From: a virus
Reading direction: 5' to 3' (one strand)
Length of the DNA stretch: 64,000 bases
IMG/VR virus record: IMGVR_UViG_3300032304_000700
Coordinates: 1 to 64,000 of that record
Part shown: in pieces, positions 28,206-36,162 of the stretch
Layout: every line of letters starts with the position of its first letter
Numbering within the stretch: the first letter of the stretch is position 1
The notes under the pieces: generated by a model
Told to the model about the DNA's origin: nothing
Databases searched by the model: none
The model's input: only the letters and a program-made list of their open reading frames with translations
Program-made: the position numbers and the translations under genes

Positions 28206-28498
28206 TATTTCTTATTTCTCAATGTTTCTAAATCAGAAGCTTCAATTTCACCATCACCATCGGTATCTAACTTATCTTGATTTCCAACCAATTCTTCTGG
28301 TAAGTTTGATAATCTACCTTCGTTCTTAGCTTTGTATGCTTTATCTACTGCAGTAAAGAACTTAGATTTTTGATTTGCGTCCATATCTTTTAAAGACTTA
28401 TGTGTTCTTTTCAACATATGTCTAAAAAGTTTTTCGTAGTCATCTTTGGACTCATCTAATACTTCTCTAACTACATTTCTTAATTGTTCTAAATTCAT
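28205..28498 (-). CDS. Hypothetical head protein with EF-hand-like motif
   Basis: Probable start MNLEQLR (ATG 28498). C-term QDKLDTDGDGEIEASDL. Confidence 0.65.
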   Translation of the reverse strand: MNLEQLRNVVREVLDESKDDYEKLFRHMLKRTHKSLKDMDANQKSKFFTAVDKAYKAKNEGRLSNLPEELVGNQDKLDTDGDGEIEASDLETLRNKK

Positions 28499-28499
28499 T

Positions 28500-29084
28500 T
28501 TATTGTGCAATTTTTCTGATTTGTTGTTCTAATTTAAGTAATCTCTCTTTTATAGTATAAATATGTTTATTTGTCCTTTTCCAGAAATTTTGATTACTCA
28601 CACCATTTTCTTGCTTTATTCTACCATACCACCCCATAAATTTTTCAATTTCTGCAAGTTGTTTGTTGATATTTGAAATCCCTTTATTAACTTTTATATA
28701 AGCTGGTGAATCTTCTTTTTTCAATTCTATCCAACGATTCTCATTAACTACACTATATCCGGTTAACTTTGCAGCTTTTTTTGCACTTTTTTTATCACTA
28801 CCTTTCTTACCAAATGCATTAGGAATTTCATATCCTTGCACATTACCTGTAACATTCATTTCATCAACCATACCCCTAATTATTTCTTTAAGTTTATCGA
28901 TTGATTCCGATTTTACTTTATTTGGCAATCCTTTATGTTTAGTTGATGCAAAGTCTTTTGCAGATTTGTCATCGATATCCTCTGCAGCTTTTGCAACTTC
29001 AGGAGAAGGTGCATCCATATCACCTTTTTGTACGGCATGAACCATACCCATAAATCTTTGTTGTGCTTTACTTTTTGCTGGCAT
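28500..29084 (-). CDS. Hypothetical protein with DUF3008-like N-terminus
   Basis: MPAKSKAQQRFMG...DFASTKHKGLP; GGAG SD-like sequence at 29091-29094. Confidence 0.7.
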   Translation of the reverse strand: MPAKSKAQQRFMGMVHAVQKGDMDAPSPEVAKAAEDIDDKSAKDFASTKHKGLPNKVKSESIDKLKEIIRGMVDEMNVTGNVQGYEIPNAFGKKGSDKKSAKKAAKLTGYSVVNENRWIELKKEDSPAYIKVNKGISNINKQLAEIEKFMGWYGRIKQENGVSNQNFWKRTNKHIYTIKERLLKLEQQIRKIAQ

Positions 29085-29103
29085 ATTATTCTCCGTTTAA
29101 ATT

Positions 29104-29376
29104 TTATGATAATAGATATGCCGAACCTGCCGTTACGGTAATACTTCTTACATGCATTGGTATTGGTTCTCCAACTGATAAATGTTCCAATTTAATTGTA
29201 GAACGATTGCTTGTTTGAGATATTGAACCACTATAATTTCCATCAACAACACCTTCTAAAACAACTGATCCAGATGTTATTCCATTTTTGGAAACCATAA
29301 CACCCCATGCATTTGTTAAAGAACCAGATTGTCCTGTGGTATATTCTTTTGCGTTATAAATTCTATAATTTACCAT
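29104..29376 (-). CDS. Small hypothetical (possibly surface) protein
   Basis: 90 aa, beta-rich, several SGS motifs, in operon context. Confidence 0.65.
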   Translation of the reverse strand: MVNYRIYNAKEYTTGQSGSLTNAWGVMVSKNGITSGSVVLEGVVDGNYSGSISQTSNRSTIKLEHLSVGEPIPMHVRSITVTAGSAYLLS

Positions 29377-29379
29377 TTT

Positions 29380-30252
29380 TTATTTTTTTATTGATTCTTT
29401 TAATTCACTTAATAATTCATAAGTCATCATCATTGCGGAAAGGTGTTGTTCTTTAATCTTTTTTACAGACTTAATCTTTTTAACATTTGCAATTGTTTCT
29501 GTTAGTTTGATTTTAGTTACTTTATCATTAATCTTAGAACCAACTTCTTTCAATGAATCTACTAATTTAGAAACTTCATTATTAACATATTCACTTAATT
29601 TACCAGTATTGTTGATGTTATTTATATATTCTCTCAATAATGATTTTTGTTCAGATGTAAGACTTTTGTATTTGTTATTAAAAGATTCTACTAATAATTT
29701 GTATGATACTGCTCTTAAATCTTCGTCTTGTTTTCTATATTCTTCTAAAACTGCATCTTTTACCTTTACATCTTTATTTTGAATAGATGAATTGATAATG
29801 TTTTCTGCAATAGTAAATCTAGATGAAACTATATCCGTTGGGTCAAATGATTCTTCAGATGTAACGGTTTCAAATATCTTATAAATAGATGCAAGAGTTT
29901 TGTAGTTTGATATTGGAGATTTAATAAACTCATCTAAATTATAAGTTTCCTTAATTTCTTTAATAAGGTTATACTTTTCTTTTGTAAGTTTTTTCTCGTC
30001 AATCTTTTTACGAGCTTCCAATATCGTATTGATAAATTGTTCAGCCTTTGATTCCGAATTATATTTTTCGTTAATCAAATATTGATATAACTTTAGTTCT
30101 TTAGATAATTCTTTTTTAGAATTAAAATGTTCTTTTAAAATTTTTTCTGCTACTGATTTATTTGCAGACATGATTTCAGACGTAATTTGTCTTACTAACA
30201 ATTCAAATATGAATCCAGTATTTTTAAATTTAGAATGCTTTATTTTTTTCAT
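29380..30252 (-). CDS. Hypothetical head-module protein
   Basis: MKKIKHSKFKNTGFIFELLVRQIT; helical; directly downstream of the portal gene. Confidence 0.75.
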   Translation of the reverse strand: MKKIKHSKFKNTGFIFELLVRQITSEIMSANKSVAEKILKEHFNSKKELSKELKLYQYLINEKYNSESKAEQFINTILEARKKIDEKKLTKEKYNLIKEIKETYNLDEFIKSPISNYKTLASIYKIFETVTSEESFDPTDIVSSRFTIAENIINSSIQNKDVKVKDAVLEEYRKQDEDLRAVSYKLLVESFNNKYKSLTSEQKSLLREYINNINNTGKLSEYVNNEVSKLVDSLKEVGSKINDKVTKIKLTETIANVKKIKSVKKIKEQHLSAMMMTYELLSELKESIKK

Positions 30253-30274
30253 CAATTGATATTATTTATCAGAT

Positions 30275-30282
30275 ATAAATAT
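30275..30282 (-). promoter_or_regulatory. ATATTTAT putative late-promoter motif
   Basis: Intergenic, 22 nt upstream of ATG 30252. Confidence 0.6.
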
Positions 30283-30302
30283 GTTTTTATATTAGTTTAT
30301 TA

Positions 30303-32045
30303 CTATTTATCCAAATTCTCTGTTAGAATTGTTTTTTTATTACCATTCATATCTTTAAAAACTTCTAAATATGATATTTTTCTTGGTTTGTATGGTATTG
30401 AGCCTTCTTTTGATTTAAGTGTTTTAATACCTAATGGGTCTCTACCAGCAATGTGGTCATCTTTACCATATCTAACTGTGTCTTTTGGTCTACCGATTTT
30501 ACTTTCACTTTCTAATTCGGAATTTATAGAATTAATCTCTTCCTCTACATCGGTAGGGCCTTCTGTACCTGTTGGTTTTGCCGGGTCCATTCCCTGAGTT
30601 TCAATTGAGTTTAATCTAAATGATTGTTTAGTATCCTCTAATACTTGCATTGCCATTTTCTCTTGTTCGTCTTTGGCCATATTTAAAATAGTCTCATACA
30701 TCCATTCTTTTGAAACCATCTTAGTTTGTTGCATTTGTTGAATCAATGCAACTTTGGAAGTATATAACTCAACTTTTTCTTGTTCATATATTTTAGATGG
30801 GATTGTCAATTCTAATGTAAAGTTTGTCAATCTATCATCATCAATTCCTTGTGCATATAAGTGAACAATTGCAATCTTTGTTAATTCCGAAACTATTACT
30901 CTTTGTATTCTTTCAATAGTTTTTGCAAATCTAACATCCATTGCGGCAAGTGTTGCCTTACCATTTGTGTCCTCTTCATATCCTAAATATGCTTTTGGAA
31001 TTTGTAATGCTGCCATAAACTTATTTTTCAAATAGTTAATGTCATCAATCATATTATATTCCAATCCTTTCAAAGTATCAATTGAAGTTCCATTATCACT
31101 ACCACGAACTGGCATGTAATAATCTTCAATTAAGTTTTGCATATTATATTTTAAGTTATACTCACCAGTTCTTTCATCGACAAATGGAACTTTTTTAGAT
31201 GAGTTAATAATTTTCTGCATGTAGTTATCCACTTCATTTGGTGGAATATTACCAACATCTACTTTAAAGATTCTCTTTTCAGGGGCTCTCATTACTCTGT
31301 GGATTAACATAGCGTCTTCCATCAATTGCAATTGTTTCCAAACTCTTCTACCACCTTCAATCATAGATTTTCCGTAAGGTAAGAAATTTGAGTCACCATT
31401 TAATCTAAAATGAGCTATTTCATAATTCTCATATTCTTTCTTAGGTGTAGATGATGGTCCTGAATATGGGTTTTGGTATGGTGCGTATACAAATTTAACT
31501 CTTTGTGGGTTGTTTGGGTCAAATCCTTCAACTCTACTCATTTCGTATGTTGATAGTGGCAATACATTAACAATTCCTAAGTTTTCTGCCATTTCTAATT
31601 GTAAATAAAAATCACCATACTTAACCAAATTTCTTGCCCATGGCCATAAATTAAATTCTATATTAAGAATATCGTAAAATAGATTTTCTAATATTTGTTT
31701 AATTTCTGCATCTTCGTGATGTATTTTTAAAACATTTCCAAATTCATTTCTAGCAGTACATTCATCTGCATATACATTCAATGCAGCAGATAAAATTGGG
31801 TCACTATCCATTGAATCGTAATCTCTAAACAAATCAATTCTAACTTGTTGATATGCTAATGATGATTCTACGGTACCGGATGCGTAGTTACTAACCTTCA
31901 ACTTCATAAATCTGTCTACTAGATTCGTAGTCATGTTTTGATACTCATCGGTATCAATAACTTTAATACCTCTCTCCGTTTTACGGACAATAGTATTTGT
32001 TGAAAATAATTTTTGTAACCTACTAAATATTGTTTTTTCTGCCAT
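30303..32045 (-). CDS. gp20: Portal protein, T4 gp20 family
   Basis: WKQLQLMEDAMLIHRVMRAPEKRIFKVDVGNIP...EDYYMPVRG...TSIDTLKG...DINYL...ALQIPKAYL...DVRFAKTIERIQ. Confidence 0.95.
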   Translation of the reverse strand: MAEKTIFSRLQKLFSTNTIVRKTERGIKVIDTDEYQNMTTNLVDRFMKLKVSNYASGTVESSLAYQQVRIDLFRDYDSMDSDPILSAALNVYADECTARNEFGNVLKIHHEDAEIKQILENLFYDILNIEFNLWPWARNLVKYGDFYLQLEMAENLGIVNVLPLSTYEMSRVEGFDPNNPQRVKFVYAPYQNPYSGPSSTPKKEYENYEIAHFRLNGDSNFLPYGKSMIEGGRRVWKQLQLMEDAMLIHRVMRAPEKRIFKVDVGNIPPNEVDNYMQKIINSSKKVPFVDERTGEYNLKYNMQNLIEDYYMPVRGSDNGTSIDTLKGLEYNMIDDINYLKNKFMAALQIPKAYLGYEEDTNGKATLAAMDVRFAKTIERIQRVIVSELTKIAIVHLYAQGIDDDRLTNFTLELTIPSKIYEQEKVELYTSKVALIQQMQQTKMVSKEWMYETILNMAKDEQEKMAMQVLEDTKQSFRLNSIETQGMDPAKPTGTEGPTDVEEEINSINSELESESKIGRPKDTVRYGKDDHIAGRDPLGIKTLKSKEGSIPYKPRKISYLEVFKDMNGNKKTILTENLDK

Positions 32046-32100
32046 TTTGATATAATTCTATTTTTTTAAATATATGGAAAATTTTTGGTTTTTCCAAATA

Positions 32101-33129
32101 TTACCACTTTCTACAACTCCAATATCTTGCCTTATGTCTTGGTCCTGGAGTATCACAATTATGTCTAGCTCTAAACGACTTTCTCGCCTTTGGGTTAGAT
32201 TTTCTTATTTTCATTGTTTTTTCACCCTTAGACGCTGCCGATGTTCCACCATGTCCAAAATTTACTTTAACAACATTACCTGCTGGATTTTTTACATAAA
32301 CTTTAAATTTCTTAACATCACCTCTCATTGGTTTTCCTAAAGGAACATTTCTACCTTGATACTCTGCTTCAGTCATACATTCACATGTTGCCTCAGATAG
32401 TTCTGTATTATATTCTCTTATAAATTTAATAAAGTCTTTGAAATCATCATAGTTGTCTACATCATATTCCTCTGGTTCTACTTTACCATAATTTACATCA
32501 TCAGAATTTATATCTTCATAAAATTCTTCTTTTGTTAAAACTACTGCAGTTGTATAATTATCTTCAATCTCTTTTATAGGAACACAATTTGGTACCATTT
32601 TACCATTTTTCATTTTACCACCCACTTCTTTATATCCATCCCAACACTCACATAATGCATTAGATTCTCCCTCATTACATTTTTTCCAGCCACCACCTTT
32701 ACTTTTGTAGTTTTTTGCTGCCCATCCGTTTGCGTATGCAGATGGATAAACATCAAATTTAGATTTTGCAGCTGATTTACTTGCAGACCATTTAGCCGGG
32801 TCAGTTGGACAATTCTTTTCTAAAAATAAATTTACTTTTTCTTCTATGTTCATAGTTTCATTTTTTGGTTTTGTTGAAACATATATTGGTTTTTTACCTT
32901 GTCCACTACTATCTTTACCACCTCTACCTGCTTTATTTTGTGCAGCTCTTTTTCTACGAGTTGCACTTTCTTTTTCTTTTTTACTCATTCCGGCTGCTTT
33001 TGCTGCAGGAACACATTTAGCATATCCTTTCTTTTCTCCCGAAGTTCCACATGGTGGATGTTTGCCATCAACTTTTTTGCCGATGTTTACCCATTTTTCT
33101 TTAAACCACTTATTTAAATCTTCGTTCAT
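32101..33129 (-). CDS. Basic multi-module hypothetical protein (DUF5872-like N-terminus; C-terminal RKSFRARH.C...ARYWSC module)
   Basis: LNKWFKEKWVNI..CG....CVP; KFDVYPSAYANGW; CWDGYK..G.KMK.GK.VPNCVP; EAEYQGR..LGKP...KKFKVYVK...KVNFG...RKSFRARHNC...ARYWSCRKW. Confidence 0.75.
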   Translation of the reverse strand: MNEDLNKWFKEKWVNIGKKVDGKHPPCGTSGEKKGYAKCVPAAKAAGMSKKEKESATRRKRAAQNKAGRGGKDSSGQGKKPIYVSTKPKNETMNIEEKVNLFLEKNCPTDPAKWSASKSAAKSKFDVYPSAYANGWAAKNYKSKGGGWKKCNEGESNALCECWDGYKEVGGKMKNGKMVPNCVPIKEIEDNYTTAVVLTKEEFYEDINSDDVNYGKVEPEEYDVDNYDDFKDFIKFIREYNTELSEATCECMTEAEYQGRNVPLGKPMRGDVKKFKVYVKNPAGNVVKVNFGHGGTSAASKGEKTMKIRKSNPKARKSFRARHNCDTPGPRHKARYWSCRKW

Positions 33130-33147
33130 CTATAATAGTTTCAACAT

Positions 33148-33155
33148 ATAAATAT
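33148..33155 (-). promoter_or_regulatory. ATATTTAT putative late-promoter motif
   Basis: Intergenic, 18 nt upstream of ATG 33129. Confidence 0.6.
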
Positions 33156-33162
33156 AAAAAAA

Positions 33163-34773
33163 TTACTTTAGCAACCAAGTTAGGTTTTCTTTCTCACCTT
33201 TGCCTAAATCCATTTCATATGGATTTCCTTGTTGTTGCCAATTAGATGTATAAACTCCTGAATTAGTGTTTATAGTTGTAGCGTTTAACATATTCTTTGT
33301 CAAATCAATTCCCTCTTGTTTTAATCTCAATGCAGTATTACGAACCCAAAGTCCAATACCTAAGGCCATAATAAGGTCATCATTATATCCTTTCATTGCT
33401 TCCGCTCTACCACTATGCCAAATGAATGTAAACATCTCATCTATCAATCTACTTGAACGAATTAAAATATCTTTATCATTCATATATGTGTCTAATGCCG
33501 ATATGATAAGTGGACGAGTTTTACTGGTTGTCGAAAATCCTGCAACCATTTGTCTTTCGTCTCTATAATATTTGTTTGACATTTGTCTTTCGGTATCAAT
33601 ATATTGTAAATCATTACTCATATAGAATAAATTTGGATACCCTCTATTGATAATTTGTTGAATACATGCCCATCCTACATTTGAGTTCTCCACTACTAAG
33701 AGTGCATTATTATATTCAGTTGCAAGTGATGTTAGAAAGTTACCAAAATCTTTTGTGTCAATTTTACCTCTATATTCTGCAACTTGTGAGCTATCTTCAA
33801 TGTCTATAACCTGTGCAGTAGAATAGTCAGCTCCGTCACCACGTGCAACGTCCGCACACACCATATATGCTCTATTGTAGTTTGGATGCTCCCACACCCA
33901 TAGATTACTATCAAATCCTCTTTTTTCAACCGGGTCCATAACATATGTATCTTTATACCATGTCAATAATGCGGGTTCAAATACTGTATCACCCGAACCT
34001 ACGAAGTCACAATCACATTCTTGTGCTGCACCTTTAACTCCTAAGATACGAGTTTGTTCATCTCTCCATGCCTGATTTCTTTCTGGATGAACTGTCCAAT
34101 GTAGATTGATATTATTAAATCCATTTTGGCCACTTTCACCATCTACCCACATTTTATGGAACCAGTTACCGATACCATTTGGAGTAGATAATACGATTGC
34201 GGAACCACCTGTTGATAAGGTTGATTGTGCTGATAACCAAATTTCATCGATATCTCTAATGAATGCTGCCTCATCCACAACTAATAGGGATAGGGCTTCA
34301 GAACGACCTGCGTCCGGAGAACTTGCGATTGCTTTTACTTGTGAACCATTTTTTAATTTAAGGGAAAGTTTGTTATCTTCTACCGAACTACTGCCACCAT
34401 CTCTTAACCAAATAGGAAGTAAGTCGTGCATAACTCTTACCTTCTCTACCAGATTCTTTGCCACAGTCACTTTCGTTGCAATTACCAATGCATTAAAGTC
34501 TTGGTTGAATAACATCTTCCATAAAATAAATCCTGCAGATAAGGTTGATAGACCCAACTGACGAGATTTAAGAATAATGTTAAAACGATTGTCTTTGAAG
34601 TCCGTTAAACAATCTTCCTGGAATGGATAAAGGTGAAAGGGTATTTTTCCTCTCACCGGATGCTGAATGACACAATACTTCTTCATAAAGTAAATTGGGT
34701 CTAACGCACACTTGCGATATTCTTCAGCAATTATCTCTTTTAAGGTTTTCTTAGGTTGCCCCTGAACTCCCAT
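33163..34773 (-). CDS. gp17: Terminase large subunit, T4 gp17 family
   Basis: FHLYPFQ, Walker A KSRQLGLST, Walker B LLVVDEAAFI, STPNG, nuclease ADVARG.G.DYS, VENSNVG, DDLIMA. Confidence 0.96.
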   Translation of the reverse strand: MGVQGQPKKTLKEIIAEEYRKCALDPIYFMKKYCVIQHPVRGKIPFHLYPFQEDCLTDFKDNRFNIILKSRQLGLSTLSAGFILWKMLFNQDFNALVIATKVTVAKNLVEKVRVMHDLLPIWLRDGGSSSVEDNKLSLKLKNGSQVKAIASSPDAGRSEALSLLVVDEAAFIRDIDEIWLSAQSTLSTGGSAIVLSTPNGIGNWFHKMWVDGESGQNGFNNINLHWTVHPERNQAWRDEQTRILGVKGAAQECDCDFVGSGDTVFEPALLTWYKDTYVMDPVEKRGFDSNLWVWEHPNYNRAYMVCADVARGDGADYSTAQVIDIEDSSQVAEYRGKIDTKDFGNFLTSLATEYNNALLVVENSNVGWACIQQIINRGYPNLFYMSNDLQYIDTERQMSNKYYRDERQMVAGFSTTSKTRPLIISALDTYMNDKDILIRSSRLIDEMFTFIWHSGRAEAMKGYNDDLIMALGIGLWVRNTALRLKQEGIDLTKNMLNATTINTNSGVYTSNWQQQGNPYEMDLGKGEKENLTWLLK

Positions 34774-35420
34774 TATTTTTTGAATTTAATCTTCCAATAA
34801 ACACCACCACCAATATATGGGGATAATGTTCCGTTAGTTCCATCAGTTACTCTATTAGCAACACCAACACCAACTTGATAAATTTTGTCTTTTTTGGTTT
34901 TTACTAATAATCCTGCACCGACATTTGAAACCACATCTTCTTTATTGAATCCACCGGTAAAACCATAATATACTTGTGTCTTTGGTAATTCTTTAACAAT
35001 CATAGTTTCTTTAATTGTTCTTTCTTTAACTTTTGCATCAAAGGTTCTACCCCATATTTTATTTTGTGAGATTGTATCGATTACTGAAACTGTTCCTAAT
35101 GAATCAGGTAATACTAAAACATCCTTATATAATACTTTTGAATAGTAATCTTTTAATAAAGCCTGTGTATCTACTACTGCAGGAATTACAACTTCTTTTT
35201 CAACGATTGTTTCGTGATAGATATCTTCACCTTTCTTAGTTACTACTTTAGTTTTAACTACTTCAAATGTATCGATATCATGTTTAATCACTTCATATTT
35301 TTTACCATCAATTCTAACGGTTCTTCCTGGCATCTTTCCACCTGGATTAAAATATTCCAATAATACAATTACAACCAATACCACGATTGCGATGTTTTTT
35401 AAATTTAAGAATTTTTTCAT
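34773..35420 (-). CDS. Membrane-anchored protein, possible spanin/lysis accessory
   Basis: N-terminal basic plus hydrophobic segment (KNIAIVVLVVIVLL); C-terminal amphipathic beta strands ending YIGGGVYWKIKF. Confidence 0.5.
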   Translation of the reverse strand: MKKFLNLKNIAIVVLVVIVLLEYFNPGGKMPGRTVRIDGKKYEVIKHDIDTFEVVKTKVVTKKGEDIYHETIVEKEVVIPAVVDTQALLKDYYSKVLYKDVLVLPDSLGTVSVIDTISQNKIWGRTFDAKVKERTIKETMIVKELPKTQVYYGFTGGFNKEDVVSNVGAGLLVKTKKDKIYQVGVGVANRVTDGTNGTLSPYIGGGVYWKIKFKK

Positions 35421-35425
35421 AATTT

Positions 35426-36094
35426 TTATTTTTTAATTAATTCTGGATGATTTAACTCAACCAATTTTTCTTCCAATAACCTTTTTCTTTCTATTAATAA
35501 TTCAATGGCCTCATATGCTCCATCGATGTCTTTTTTCAAATCTGTTTTTACTTTTTCAATATCTACATCCCATGTCCAAGTTTCAGTTCTACCATCTTCG
35601 GTGATAATTTCCATTTGTTTTCTAATACCACTCAAAGCTTCTTCATATCTATCCTTTAATTCTCTAACATAAGCAAGTTTGTTTCTTGTTATCTTATAAT
35701 CTTCATAGAAAGGATATGTTCCATCTTCTTTTAAACCTTGTTCAAACTTTGCAAGACAAACAATACACATTCCTGTTTTACGAATTAGTTTTTTGTCTGC
35801 ATTACTATATGATTCTGTTTTACAATCTTCATTTGAACATGTACTCAACTTTTGTAAAAATTGTCTTACATCGTCCATTTGAGTAACTGCAACTTTGAAT
35901 CCTTCTTTTTGTTCCCACTCTTTTCCTTCTTTGTCAGTCCATCTTTCTCCAACCTCTCTCTTTTCTTCAGCTTCACCTTCATAACCAAAATGAGTTTGAT
36001 TATTATCTGTTCTTCCAAAAACCGTGTCAATAATGAGTTTACGAGATTTGTGCATCCCCTTTGATTTCTCATCAAAACTTTTTCTTTTTGCCAT
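35426..36094 (-). CDS. Hypothetical protein with Cys cluster (CxxxxC...CxxC)
   Basis: CSNEDC...GMCIVC; otherwise coiled-coil. Confidence 0.7.
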   Translation of the reverse strand: MAKRKSFDEKSKGMHKSRKLIIDTVFGRTDNNQTHFGYEGEAEEKREVGERWTDKEGKEWEQKEGFKVAVTQMDDVRQFLQKLSTCSNEDCKTESYSNADKKLIRKTGMCIVCLAKFEQGLKEDGTYPFYEDYKITRNKLAYVRELKDRYEEALSGIRKQMEIITEDGRTETWTWDVDIEKVKTDLKKDIDGAYEAIELLIERKRLLEEKLVELNHPELIKK

Positions 36095-36162
36095 ATTTCT
36101 ATACTTTTATAACTGTTTCTTTATAGTATATATATCAAAATTATTCCTGAAAAATATACACA

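Noticed and set aside
23555-34773. Introns or inteins in MCP, portal or terminase
   Set aside because: The ORFs are continuous and of expected length, with no intein or homing-endonuclease motifs.
35426-36094. Terminase small subunit
   Set aside because: Position near terL is suggestive, but I recognise no gp16/TerS motif, so it is left as hypothetical.
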